Below, piece by piece: positions 1-8,890 of a stretch of DNA of 63,059 nt. Each line of letters begins with the position of its first letter. Position 1 is the first letter of the stretch. The position numbers and the translations under genes are program-made. The notes below the pieces were generated by a model, which was given only the letters and a program-made list of their open reading frames with translations, ran no database searches and was not told the DNA's origin. The DNA comes from a virus (lineage: Duplodnaviria > Caudoviricetes), in IMG/VR virus record IMGVR_UViG_3300025879_000020, positions 1-63,059 of that record. One strand, 5' to 3'.

Positions 1-253
1 CATATTCTTCGTGGAGCTTACGAACGTATTTGATTGCATCACGAAGAGGCGGGATCTTACGAATGCTGGCACTTTCGTTAAACATTCGGATTAGTTTCTT
101 TGCTTCAGCACGAGGTAACCCGTACTTTAACTCCATTTTATATTCGCCTTGTGCCACAACCTTATAGCCGTGGCGGTCCATCCATTGACCAAAGCCATAC
201 TCCCAGTCAAGGAGAACACCATCACAGTCGACAAGTATAACCTTGTCTTTCAT
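1..253 (-). CDS. HAD-superfamily hydrolase, T4 gp30.2-like (partial, runs off the left edge)
   Basis: Manual translation MKDKVILVDCDGVLLDWEYGF...; DxDGV HAD motif I; not in the ORF track. Confidence 0.75.
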   Translation of the reverse strand, partial: MKDKVILVDCDGVLLDWEYGFGQWMDRHGYKVVAQGEYKMELKYGLPRAEAKKLIRMFNESASIRKIPPLRDAIKYVRKLHEEY

Positions 254-328
254 ATATATCATACCAAAACAACCTTTTTAGTGTATAGTAGGCAGTCCTT
301 CAACTGCCTACAGAATTAAATCAATAGC

Positions 329-679
329 TTACAGGACACCAGTCCAACGGACACGTTCAAACTCACCATTTAGCATATTACCACGAGCGAAGTTAGTAGC
401 TGGACCGTTCCAACCAGCAGACATGAGGAGGTCGCCAGTCACGAAACCCTTCTTAGGGTTATCCTTACGACAAACGAAGCCAGAGCAACAACGCTGATTA
501 CCCGATTTCTTAACGATCTTATCATAAGAGCGACCACTCTCAACAAAGAACATTTCTTCAGTTTCAGCGTAGGCTTCTTCTGGAGTTTTGTCATTGTAAG
601 GGCTGCGCAGGGTAGATTCAGCGTAGTCTTTACGCATTACTTCAAGGAGGGCAGTCATTGCTTCATCATATTTCATCAT
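329..679 (-). CDS. Hypothetical phage protein (early)
   Basis: 116 aa ORF directly behind early promoter 717-745. Confidence 0.75.
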   Translation of the reverse strand: MMKYDEAMTALLEVMRKDYAESTLRSPYNDKTPEEAYAETEEMFFVESGRSYDKIVKKSGNQRCCSGFVCRKDNPKKGFVTGDLLMSAGWNGPATNFARGNMLNGEFERVRWTGVL

Positions 680-716
680 AATAAACTCTCTTTCTCAATC
701 AATCAACAATATACCA

Positions 717-745
717 ATTATAGGTGATACCGCAGCAAAAGTAAA
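717..745 (-). promoter_or_regulatory. T4-type early promoter
   Basis: Minus strand TTTACT-N17-TATAAT with an upstream A-tract. Confidence 0.8.
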
Positions 746-776
746 GCCTTTTTTTAAACTATTTTGCTATATGGAT

Positions 777-791
777 ATAACTTTTTGTTAT
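777..791. promoter_or_regulatory. LysR-type (T-N11-A) box
   Basis: ATAA-N7-TTAT; similar boxes at 23506, 44787 and 47159. Confidence 0.45.
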
Positions 792-919
792 AAGAACTCG
801 GATAACCCTTGGGTGGGTCGGCTGAAGATCTCTTGGGTTTTGCGGTAGAACTTAAAGCCAAAGATGTTGTACTCCTTGACCTTCCAGACACGCTTGTCTG
901 ATATGATTATTGTAGTCAT
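788..919 (-). CDS. Small hypothetical protein (43 aa)
   Basis: Manual translation MTTIIISDKRVWKV...QGLSEFL*; TAATG coupling to the upstream ORF. Confidence 0.55.
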   Translation of the reverse strand: MTTIIISDKRVWKVKEYNIFGFKFYRKTQEIFSRPTQGLSEFL

Positions 920-1095
920 TACTCAACCTCCGCAGCATTCATAGCCATAGCACCCCATCCAGCCAGAGCCAGACCAGCAAAGGCGATAAGGGTAGGAACT
1001 AGGGGAAGGGCAACAGCAGATTGGTCGGCTTCGATACCGCCAACTCCACCGAAAACCATCAAGAAACCGAGAACCAAACGAATAGTACCTTGCAT
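919..1095 (-). CDS. Small two-TM membrane protein
   Basis: Two hydrophobic segments; AAGGAG RBS before MQGTIR. Confidence 0.65.
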   Translation of the reverse strand: MQGTIRLVLGFLMVFGGVGGIEADQSAVALPLVPTLIAFAGLALAGWGAMAMNAAEVE

Positions 1096-1126
1096 AACAA
1101 AACTCCTTATCAATTCAATACCACCT

Positions 1127-1154
1127 ATTATACTGATATTTTCGATAAAGTAAA
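1127..1154 (-). promoter_or_regulatory. T4-type early promoter
   Basis: GGGGTTTACT-N16-TATAAT. Confidence 0.75.
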
Positions 1155-1182
1155 CCCCTAAACGAAAAAAAGTTTCTCAGTA

Positions 1183-1224
1183 AAATCAACGACTTACGTT
1201 GTCGCTTCTATAAGTCGTTGATTT
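1183..1224. repeat. Inverted repeat made of two IHF-consensus sites
   Basis: AAATCAACGACTTA-N14-TAAGTCGTTGATTT; each arm fits WATCAANNNNTTR. Confidence 0.65.
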
Positions 1225-1252
1225 GATTGAGAAAATAAATTCAACTTTTTTT

Positions 1253-2161
1253 CTACTGAGTCCCTCGACCACGCTGGGTTTGTACTAAAGGTAGGAACTT
1301 CTCGAACCCTTCCCACTTAGGGGCGACTTCAGGAGGCTCCTCCTCAAATACGGGAAAGTTGTATGGACCGTTTAGCTCGTAGTTGAGGGAGATAGACATT
1401 CCTGCCGCATTTAGGGCAGCGACTGCGTTATTGTTCTCGTCGCCATACCTTGCCGAGTTGATTCGTAGGTATTCGGATGAAAAATACGGTTTTCTTTCCT
1501 TGGCATACGTCATTATCGTACCAAGACCAGAGTTAGGATTGCCGTCAGCATATTCGCCAAAGCCAACCTCAAAGGTAGGAGATCCTCCATCGACTCTGGA
1601 GTGAGCCAAACCTAACTGGTGACCGATTTCGTGAGCGAAGATGTACTCCGTAGAGGTTTCTTGGTCTGGATCGAGCATGGCAATATCGTCGGAGTCGTAG
1701 CAAGCAGTAAACCCAGCTGTCATACCTGTATTACGCCAAGTCCATCCTACACCACAGACATCCCAGTCTTGACTGGAATCAAGTAAGACGTGAACAAGGT
1801 CGGCTTCGTGTTTGTCGACAAGCCAAGCCTTCTCGTAGAATGGATCGAAGTTATACCATTCCTCTAGGTCGTACGCCAACTTAACGTTGTCGACCTCATA
1901 GTATGATTTTATGTCAACCTTCTTAACAAAGGCAACGGAGATATTGATGTTAACACCATTCTCCTTAAAGATTTGGTTAAGTTTACGAACCTCGTTGTAA
2001 GCAATTGTTGTTTTCATCCTGTCGTCGATATAAAGACCAAGCCTTATGTCTGCTGTTCCTGGTTTTATATACGTCGTTCCGGAACGAAGAACCGTTTCCA
2101 TCCCGAGGCAGTTTTCGTAAGCAACTATAGGACATTCAACATACTCTGCCGAAAAGTCCAT
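1253..2161 (-). CDS. Metzincin (reprolysin/M12B-like) zinc metallopeptidase
   Basis: HEIGHQLGLAH = HEXXHXXGXXH, plus Met-turn TIMTY. Confidence 0.8.
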   Translation of the reverse strand: MDFSAEYVECPIVAYENCLGMETVLRSGTTYIKPGTADIRLGLYIDDRMKTTIAYNEVRKLNQIFKENGVNINISVAFVKKVDIKSYYEVDNVKLAYDLEEWYNFDPFYEKAWLVDKHEADLVHVLLDSSQDWDVCGVGWTWRNTGMTAGFTACYDSDDIAMLDPDQETSTEYIFAHEIGHQLGLAHSRVDGGSPTFEVGFGEYADGNPNSGLGTIMTYAKERKPYFSSEYLRINSARYGDENNNAVAALNAAGMSISLNYELNGPYNFPVFEEEPPEVAPKWEGFEKFLPLVQTQRGRGTQ

Positions 2162-2170
2162 AAACCCTCC

Positions 2171-2881
2171 TTAGTCCCAAAGACCTTGATAATATTTCCC
2201 GAATAATTTAAAACCATTAGCGATTCTGGCTTCGTACTCCTTTCTACCTTCCGTGTCATACACTTTAGTATGGTTTAGACCTTCTAACATCTGGTAGTTA
2301 CCGTCTTCCAGTTTCTTCCATTGTAGATCGGTTTCGCCCGTTTCAAACTGCTCTTCCCAGTCGTCATTGACTTTGTTTTCGAACGCAAAGATCATTTCGT
2401 CCATTACCCAGTCCCAGCGTTCAAAATGGGTTTCGTCTGTATCGTACTTATTATCTTTTAGGTCGGGCTTGGGGCGAAGTTCTTCTGGCACGTCTTCGGG
2501 GTCAACATACGGAGCACCGTGCTTGCGTTCTTTCAGTTGCTTGAGCATAGGCAGGACGATGTAGGCAAGGGTATGATCCATGCTCCAAGTATCCCACGGA
2601 TCAATGTGTACTTTGATAGTACGCTCTTGTTTGCTGTGGATCCAAGATAGGAAACGATACAGCCAAGTAATATGACGCTCACGATCCCACGATGTAACTT
2701 CACCAACTTCTTGATCTGGCTCAATGCTACCGTGAGCAAGCCACTCGCCAAACTTATGTACACGATCCGCAGTTCGCGGAAAGCCGTGTTCGTCCACTTC
2801 TTTTGGCACCCAAAACATAAGTTTCTCGGCGAGTTGGTAAGGTCCAAACCAGTTTCTGTACTTTCCAATTTTAACTTTCAT
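2171..2881 (-). CDS. Hypothetical phage protein
   Basis: 236 aa Trp-rich ORF in an operon. Confidence 0.75.
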   Translation of the reverse strand: MKVKIGKYRNWFGPYQLAEKLMFWVPKEVDEHGFPRTADRVHKFGEWLAHGSIEPDQEVGEVTSWDRERHITWLYRFLSWIHSKQERTIKVHIDPWDTWSMDHTLAYIVLPMLKQLKERKHGAPYVDPEDVPEELRPKPDLKDNKYDTDETHFERWDWVMDEMIFAFENKVNDDWEEQFETGETDLQWKKLEDGNYQMLEGLNHTKVYDTEGRKEYEARIANGFKLFGKYYQGLWD

Positions 2882-3254
2882 CTACCCACCATCTTATCTT
2901 TTTACCATAATCTTTTTCAAACATTTCAATCAGTTCGTCGTACGGAACGACTTCTTCTGATTCGAAGTCCCATAGGAAATCGCCAAGAGCATTCCAATCT
3001 TCGCCATGCATTGGCGCAACTCCATATTCACCCCAACCGTCATAACCGTGCTTACTACTATCTCGGATATCGATACGACCAGCAGCATAATGAGTGTGGA
3101 CTGTTTCGATTGCGTAAGTGGCACCAATTGGTAGGTCTTTAATTTTAGAAATCATTTCAGACTCAACCGTTTCGGTGATGAAGTGCGTTAATCCACGTTC
3201 GCGAAACCAGTCCATCGAAATTGGACCCATGTAATTGGTACTATATGTCACCAT
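2871..3254 (-). CDS. Hypothetical protein
   Basis: 127 aa ORF overlapping its neighbour. Confidence 0.7.
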   Translation of the reverse strand: MVTYSTNYMGPISMDWFRERGLTHFITETVESEMISKIKDLPIGATYAIETVHTHYAAGRIDIRDSSKHGYDGWGEYGVAPMHGEDWNALGDFLWDFESEEVVPYDELIEMFEKDYGKKIRWWVDES

Positions 3255-3509
3255 TTAAAAAACTTTATCGTCTTTAATAAAGATCTTCACTGTTCTATCA
3301 TCATCTTGTAGATCAATGTACATAAATTCTTCATCGTCAAAGTAGCGAGTGTACTCACGACCATTTTTGCCGATTACCTCTACACGACTCACGGCAGTAA
3401 ACTTACGATCACGCTCGAGTTGAGACATAGTCTTATACCACGACCATGCTAATTCTTGAAGTTGCTCAAGCTGTAGGTTCTTAATACTGTTTGGAATCTT
3501 ATCACTCAT
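3255..3509 (-). CDS. Hypothetical protein
   Basis: 84 aa ORF with ATGA coupling. Confidence 0.65.
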   Translation of the reverse strand: MSDKIPNSIKNLQLEQLQELAWSWYKTMSQLERDRKFTAVSRVEVIGKNGREYTRYFDDEEFMYIDLQDDDRTVKIFIKDDKVF

Positions 3510-3733
3510 TGTCCACTCCGCCCTACCTTCTCTTTACGATATATAGCAGTTGTGTTTATTCCCATATGAGGACAAACAAGAATAATCTCAGGCAGGTCAT
3601 GTTTATCAACCTCACCACCTGAACCGCAGATGAAGAATGAACGAGACCATTCTGGTTTTTCGTGGAACCAGATTTTCTTTAGTTTTTCAAAGAGCTCGTA
3701 TTCTTCCTTTGAGATTACTACATCATTATTCAT
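3506..3733 (-). CDS. Hypothetical protein
   Basis: 75 aa ORF, coupled to neighbours. Confidence 0.6.
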   Translation of the reverse strand: MNNDVVISKEEYELFEKLKKIWFHEKPEWSRSFFICGSGGEVDKHDLPEIILVCPHMGINTTAIYRKEKVGRSGQ

Positions 3734-3896
3734 GATATTCCACCACTCCTACCCACTCTTCTGGGTTACCGTCGATTCGCCAAATCTCTGCGTGAAGTTC
3801 GGCTTCTTCTTTTGTGTCGAAGGTTTTTACCTGCATGCCAAGTTCAGTGACATACAGGTATGAGTCCTCAAATTTAACCTTGATCGCCCACTTCAT
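3726..3896 (-). CDS. Small hypothetical protein (56 aa)
   Basis: Manual translation MKWAIKVKFEDSYLYV...VEYHE*; fills the gap with overlaps. Confidence 0.55.
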   Translation of the reverse strand: MKWAIKVKFEDSYLYVTELGMQVKTFDTKEEAELHAEIWRIDGNPEEWVGVVEYHE

Positions 3897-4479
3897 CTTC
3901 AGACTCGCCTTCTTCCAACCTTGCTTTGGCTTTATCGGCTCGGAGTTTCATGCGTTCGGCAACTTCGTCTCCATCCATCCAGAGATCCTTATTGTTCAGC
4001 ATCATACCAATTTCGTCTTCAGTTAGGAAATCTTCATAAACCGAACGGAGTAGTTTCTCCGACCATGCGCTTTCGTATTTAAGCTGATCCATCATCTCAC
4101 CACCCTTACCGAAGGTTCCGCCCGAGTAGTTGTGGAACATAAACATCGAGTGTTCAGATACTTCGATTAAGTCAGCCTGTAAGAATATCATAGTAGCAGC
4201 AGACATACACTCACCTTCAACCGAGCAGACAATCGTCGCTGCCGATTCGTTGAGTGCACGCATTAACTGAATTGTAGTTAGTAGGTTGCCTCCAGGAGAG
4301 TTAATGTGAATCTTGATGATATCGTTTTCAGAAGCGTTCCGAATCGTATCGAACCAATCGGTATAGTCCGAAGGGTCAGTTACATCATAAAGATAAAACG
4401 AATGAAGGTGCGTAATTGCCTTGCTGTAAGATCCAATCCCACCAGTTAATTTTGTTAGATCAATTGTTTCGTTTCGCAT
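3874..4479 (-). CDS. clpP: ClpP-like protease
   Basis: IHINSPGG, CMSAAT (catalytic Ser), FMFHN (catalytic His). Confidence 0.85.
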   Translation of the reverse strand: MRNETIDLTKLTGGIGSYSKAITHLHSFYLYDVTDPSDYTDWFDTIRNASENDIIKIHINSPGGNLLTTIQLMRALNESAATIVCSVEGECMSAATMIFLQADLIEVSEHSMFMFHNYSGGTFGKGGEMMDQLKYESAWSEKLLRSVYEDFLTEDEIGMMLNNKDLWMDGDEVAERMKLRADKAKARLEEGESEDEVGDQG

Positions 4480-4624
4480 CGAGTGCTTCCTCTAAGGTTT
4501 TAACCCTTTCTTCAAGGTGTTTTATGTAGTTGTATACTTCTTGCTTGTTACATAGGGTTTGACAACACATGTCAAGTTCATTGTAGCAAAGGTCAGATAG
4601 TTCTTTGTCGGTACTTGAATTCAT
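4460..4624 (-). CDS. Small coiled-coil hypothetical protein (54 aa)
   Basis: Manual translation MNSSTDKELSDLCY...HLEERVKTLEEALDAKRNN*. Confidence 0.45.
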   Translation of the reverse strand: MNSSTDKELSDLCYNELDMCCQTLCNKQEVYNYIKHLEERVKTLEEALDAKRNN

Positions 4625-5264
4625 GTATGGTCTCTATAAGTTTTTTATCCCAATTATCACGGTCTTCTATAAAGACCTGTGGCTCTGAACCGTCAACAGC
4701 GATTATAGTAACCAGCTGCTTGATTGGTATAGTAGTACGTTCCTCCCAAGCAATAGCGTAAAATGTTTCCTGAATGAAATAGCTTTCGATCCATTCAGCC
4801 TTCTTTGGCTTCCTTGACGTTTTGAAATCTATAACAGATAACTTCCCATCAAACTCAGCAATACAGTCCACACGCCCAGCAACACCAAGGTAATCGGAGT
4901 ATAGACTTGCTTCTTGGACATATACTCGCCCAATGCGATCGTCGAGAATACGCTTAATATCAAGAAAAGAAGCGTAAACATCAGGCGTATATCCATCATT
5001 AAAATTGCCATCGTTGTTTATATACCTTTCAATTATTTCATGCACTTTAGTGCCACGAGTTGCTGCTCGGTAAGAAATCTTATTGGCTTCTTCCTCGCCT
5101 ACACGCTCACGCCACTTCCTAATTGATTCTTCCGACAGGATCGAAAGAACCGTAGTTATTGAAGGATACGCCGTACCTTCTGGTGTAAGGTAATGGCGCT
5201 TCTTGAATTCAGTAGCATAACCTAGATCCTCGTATCCGAGGTTTATATCAACATGTTCAAACAT
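4593..5264 (-). CDS. PD-(D/E)xK exonuclease
   Basis: YPSITTVL, RGT..H, AGRVDC, IDFKTS; usual neighbour of phoH in T4-like phages. Confidence 0.85.
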   Translation of the reverse strand: MFEHVDINLGYEDLGYATEFKKRHYLTPEGTAYPSITTVLSILSEESIRKWRERVGEEEANKISYRAATRGTKVHEIIERYINNDGNFNDGYTPDVYASFLDIKRILDDRIGRVYVQEASLYSDYLGVAGRVDCIAEFDGKLSVIDFKTSRKPKKAEWIESYFIQETFYAIAWEERTTIPIKQLVTIIAVDGSEPQVFIEDRDNWDKKLIETIHEFKYRQRTI

Positions 5265-5950
5265 TATAGGTCTATCTTCATCATTTCTTTGGTCATGATG
5301 TAATCACGAACGATATCTGAACGAACGATATCTTTCCAGTCAAACTCCACGACAGTAAATAGGTTCATCCGGTCTACAATAGAAAGGAACTTCATAATAC
5401 CTTCTTTATCACCCTGACGGTGAAAGTCCGACTGGTAATAGTCGCCGCACATAATGAGTCGGCAGTTATTTCCGAGTCGAGTGATAACAGAATCTAGTTC
5501 GTGACCATTTAGGTTCTGCATCTCATCTACTACGATAATCGCATTAGAGAGGGTAATACCACGGATAAAAGAAGTAGAGATAAACTGTACCGTATTGAAG
5601 TTACTTAGTTTCATCCAAGCTTCTGCCTCATCGAACAGCTCAGTACAAATGCTTTTGTACGGTCCAGTATAGGCTTCTTTCTTTTCTTCCTCGTCTCCAG
5701 GGAGAAAGCCAATATCGCGAGTAGGTACGATAGATCGGATTACTACAACCTTATCGTATGGGGTGTCTTTATCTAACACTTGTTGTAAAGCGAGATACAT
5801 CCCCATAAAGGTTTTACCAGTACCAGCCGATCCAGATAGTACAAGGTGCTGACCTTTTTTCCATTCGGAAAACGCCAATCCTTGATTAGCGGTGGCTGGC
5901 TCGATTACTCGTAAGTTATCTAGGCGTAACTTCTGTGGCTTATTTTGCAT
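5264..5950 (-). CDS. phoH: PhoH-family ATPase
   Basis: GSAGTGKT, IGFLPG, RGITL, DEMQN, GDYYQSD. Confidence 0.92.
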   Translation of the reverse strand: MQNKPQKLRLDNLRVIEPATANQGLAFSEWKKGQHLVLSGSAGTGKTFMGMYLALQQVLDKDTPYDKVVVIRSIVPTRDIGFLPGDEEEKKEAYTGPYKSICTELFDEAEAWMKLSNFNTVQFISTSFIRGITLSNAIIVVDEMQNLNGHELDSVITRLGNNCRLIMCGDYYQSDFHRQGDKEGIMKFLSIVDRMNLFTVVEFDWKDIVRSDIVRDYIMTKEMMKIDL

Positions 5951-5953
5951 TCA

Positions 5954-6208
5954 TTAATCTCTAATGTTGTTAATAACGTGTTTTTCTTTGATCTTTGATA
6001 GGACTTCGCCCCAACCAGATCCCGCTCTTTTTAACGAACCGCCAGTCTCGGCTGCCAGTCCAGGTGCAGCACGTAGAAATTGGTGAACAACACCTTCGGC
6101 TTTACAGCTGGGGCAAGGTTCTTTCTCGGCGATCTTCCGATCATCCATTTTACAAAACTTGTCAAACTCTACTTCACACTTTTCGCATCTATACGAATAC
6201 GTTGGCAT
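5954..6208 (-). CDS. FmdB-like zinc-ribbon protein
   Basis: MPTYSYRCEKC...CPSC; start trimmed to MPTY. Confidence 0.8.
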   Translation of the reverse strand: MPTYSYRCEKCEVEFDKFCKMDDRKIAEKEPCPSCKAEGVVHQFLRAAPGLAAETGGSLKRAGSGWGEVLSKIKEKHVINNIRD

Positions 6209-6212
6209 ATCT

Positions 6213-6770
6213 TCATACTCCACTTCTTTGAAACCACTCGGGAACATTACGCTTACTCCAAATCATACTGAACCGTTGTTGCTTAGTTTTGTAGAACCTA
6301 CGATAAGACTCTACAGGGTTATTATTATCTATACACTCAGGATTAGAACCCATAGCTAACTTAAAGGGGGTTCTTCCGGTGTCAGGTATATTCTTCGGGG
6401 CATCCATCAAGAGGTATCTTAACTTGATGTCAGTAAGATGAATCTTACCGTATCTGTATCTATATTCGTTACAGAGGGCTACAAAATGATTGTAATGCCA
6501 ATTGTAGTTGCCTTTAGACTCTATAGTCCATATAGTACAGGGGTGAGAAGGGTGGGCAACCTTGTATAAGGCATTCTCTAAAGTCTGGTCTGGGTGAACC
6601 CAAACCTTTTTCTTACGTTTACCAGATTCGTCAATGTGTAGGTCGCCGTCTAGTAAACGATGAGCCGTTGATAACATCTGTCCCGACTCAAGAACCATCT
6701 TGACCACGTGTTTGTCGCACTGCTGTTGGGCTGCGAACGTAGGGTTTTCATCAATCACAAATATGTTCAT
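6213..6770 (-). CDS. Pyrimidine-dimer DNA glycosylase-like protein (DenV family)
   Basis: MNIF...CDKHVVKMVLESGQMLSTAH, HPCTIW, EYRYRYGKIH. Confidence 0.75.
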   Translation of the reverse strand: MNIFVIDENPTFAAQQQCDKHVVKMVLESGQMLSTAHRLLDGDLHIDESGKRKKKVWVHPDQTLENALYKVAHPSHPCTIWTIESKGNYNWHYNHFVALCNEYRYRYGKIHLTDIKLRYLLMDAPKNIPDTGRTPFKLAMGSNPECIDNNNPVESYRRFYKTKQQRFSMIWSKRNVPEWFQRSGV

Positions 6771-6785
6771 AATATAGACTCCCAT

Positions 6786-6819
6786 AAAAAAGAGGATAGG
6801 GCTATTATACCCTATCCTC
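6786..6819 (-). terminator. Rho-independent terminator whose loop is the -10 box of the next promoter
   Basis: GAGGATAGGG-TATAATAG-CCCTATCCTC-TTTTTT. Confidence 0.65.
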
Positions 6820-6832
6820 GAGTGAAAGTAAA
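6804..6832 (-). promoter_or_regulatory. T4-type early promoter
   Basis: TTTACT-N17-TATAAT. Confidence 0.75.
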
Positions 6833-6840
6833 GTCTTTTT

Positions 6841-6999
6841 TTACGCTGCCTCCAGCTCCGAGATACACGAGGTTAAGAATTCGTACTTCTGCTTAACCTT
6901 AGTTGCGGTTTTCTCTTTCCCTTGTTTTTCCAACTTAAAGATATAATGTTTAGTTTCTTTAGCTTGGCGTTTTAGGCGTTCTAACTGACTAGGCGTCAT
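6841..6999 (-). CDS. Small hypothetical protein
   Basis: MTPSQLERLKRQ...; GAGG RBS. Confidence 0.6.
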   Translation of the reverse strand: MTPSQLERLKRQAKETKHYIFKLEKQGKEKTATKVKQKYEFLTSCISELEAA

Positions 7000-7109
7000 A
7001 CATGGTTTCCTCTTGGTTAAAATTGAAAACACATAACGAAGTAGACTTTAGCTCCTTACGGTTATGTCGGGCTTCAACAAGGTTTGCCCGACGAGGTTGA
7101 TGAAATGGG

Positions 7110-7532
7110 TTACTTCCTTATAAGCGTATCCCATACCCCTTGGCAGAGCTTTTTGGTGATCCCTTTATATTTTTGCGCTAGTTGCTTGTCTTTAACCCAC
7201 AATACAAGTTGCGCATCTTTTGGGTGGATAGATTCCAGTAGCTCTATGAACATAGCTTCCCTTCGTGCCGCAGGCAATTTCTCGCCTGGACCACCCTTAA
7301 CAAAATAACGTAACGTTGTGGATTTATCCATGAGCGATGCGCTCGGATTCTCCGCTGGGGTATATGGGGGTGTGCCTTTCGGCAGAAGGGAAAAATCGAT
7401 AGAATCGTCGTAAGCACCCTTGATTACATCACGGAGTGCTAAGCAACTGTTATCTGACATGACTTGCTGTTTGTCTACACGTGTTGGTGCTTCAGCTGCC
7501 TTTTCTAGGATTTCAAAAACATGATCAGCCAT
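7110..7532 (-). CDS. Conserved T4-like hypothetical protein
   Basis: LPKGTPPY, RREAMFIELLESIHP motifs; next to rnh. Confidence 0.75.
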   Translation of the reverse strand: MADHVFEILEKAAEAPTRVDKQQVMSDNSCLALRDVIKGAYDDSIDFSLLPKGTPPYTPAENPSASLMDKSTTLRYFVKGGPGEKLPAARREAMFIELLESIHPKDAQLVLWVKDKQLAQKYKGITKKLCQGVWDTLIRK

Positions 7533-7534
7533 TA

Positions 7535-8383
7535 TTAGTAGAACTCCTCAATACATTCAATTAACATTTTACAACGGTTCTTTATTAGGTAATTTAAGAT
7601 CTTCATCTTCGATGCAGGTTTCTTATTCTCAGAGGTATTTATAATTTTTTCCTTTAGAGAGGGTGGCATTTCGGACAGGTCGATCAGCTTTTTGTTACGA
7701 CAATAGTTGCGGTAAACCTCCGAGTCCATGAATGTATCTAGCGACTCAGCGTTTTCCGTGTACGTCTCAAGTTTCTTCTTAGACATAGGACTTTGACGAA
7801 TGCCGTCAACTAATACGTTATCACCCGATAGTACATTCGGGATACCGTCACCAGCGTCACCTTTAAGAATATGCTCGAAAAGGTACTTACGAGGATTCGG
7901 ATCATTAAGATACTTCTTCATCATCGGAGAGTACTGTTTAACATTAGGGTACTTCTGAAGCTGAATGAAGTCTTTATCGGCTGAAACAATCATAACGTCT
8001 TCGTGTTTACCGAACTCTTGAGTCTCTTCAACGAGGGCGCCAATAATATCATCAGCTTCAGCACCCTGAACACGGACAACCTTATATGGGAAATTCTCCT
8101 CGAGGTCTTTGGTTACCTGATTGATAAGTTTGAACAGCTTATCCCAATCACGGTCGTCGTCTTGACGGGACTTCTTGCGATTGGCTTTATACTGCGGGAA
8201 AGAATCCCTACGCCAAGAACCGCCTTCACAGGCAATAACAACCTGTCCGTATTGATTACGGAACATCTTGTTGTACATACGGATGTTGTTTAGGATAAGG
8301 TGACGAATTAGGTCTTCGTCAGTATCCAACCTTTGCGCTAGAACTGCGCCAAGGGCAATACCATTATAATCTATGATTATCAT
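7535..8383 (-). CDS. rnh: T4 RNase H (5'-3' exonuclease)
   Basis: WRR..FPQYKANR, EADDII, SADKDFIQL, GDAGDGIPN. Confidence 0.92.
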   Translation of the reverse strand: MIIIDYNGIALGAVLAQRLDTDEDLIRHLILNNIRMYNKMFRNQYGQVVIACEGGSWRRDSFPQYKANRKKSRQDDDRDWDKLFKLINQVTKDLEENFPYKVVRVQGAEADDIIGALVEETQEFGKHEDVMIVSADKDFIQLQKYPNVKQYSPMMKKYLNDPNPRKYLFEHILKGDAGDGIPNVLSGDNVLVDGIRQSPMSKKKLETYTENAESLDTFMDSEVYRNYCRNKKLIDLSEMPPSLKEKIINTSENKKPASKMKILNYLIKNRCKMLIECIEEFY

Positions 8384-8418
8384 TACAATACACTCCAAGT
8401 GTCATTAGTTGAAGGGGT

Positions 8419-8447
8419 ATTATACCTCTTTTTTGTCAAGAAGTAAA
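8419..8447 (-). promoter_or_regulatory. T4-type early promoter (rnh)
   Basis: GGGTTTACT-N17-TATAAT. Confidence 0.75.
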
Positions 8448-8863
8448 CCCTTTAAATGACTTTTTCTCACTCTGGCTGAGATCCAGCCGTTATAATAGTC
8501 CTCTCGAAGTAGGACGTCACGCTCAAATTGGTACTTGGCTTCAAAATAGGTACATTCAGCCTTGGTTTTACATAACCTCAGGATAGTCCTTTTGAACCTT
8601 TCCTTACCCCTGCTGACAACTTCTTCGGTCAATATCTCAGAAGAACCGTAGTAGTCTCGCCAGTCGGACTCAACTTTAAGTCGCTTTCGACGCTTACGAG
8701 TTTTGGTTATCGGTAGAACCTTTGCTCGCCAGAACAACTTCTTGCCGATATACTTCATCCCGTTGTCGAGATCTTCAATCTCATAAACAAAGCCATACAA
8801 CTCTTTTGGATCTAGCTCCTCAGGGTTGTATGGCTCGCCTTCATAATACCACACTATAACCAC
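8420..8863 (-). CDS. GIY-YIG nuclease
   Basis: GFVY...KYIG, YYGSS, conserved E and YYN. Confidence 0.8.
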   Translation of the reverse strand: MVIVWYYEGEPYNPEELDPKELYGFVYEIEDLDNGMKYIGKKLFWRAKVLPITKTRKRRKRLKVESDWRDYYGSSEILTEEVVSRGKERFKRTILRLCKTKAECTYFEAKYQFERDVLLREDYYNGWISARVRKSHLKGLLLDKKEV

Positions 8864-8890
8864 CTATACAGAATATTCGATATAGGTTAT

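Noticed and set aside
7636-7643. TATAAATA inside rnh
   Set aside because: Intragenic and AT-rich; function cannot be supported from sequence alone
8420-8863. GIY-YIG ORF as a mobile homing endonuclease
   Set aside because: Only the catalytic domain is present, with no DNA-binding extension or intron context
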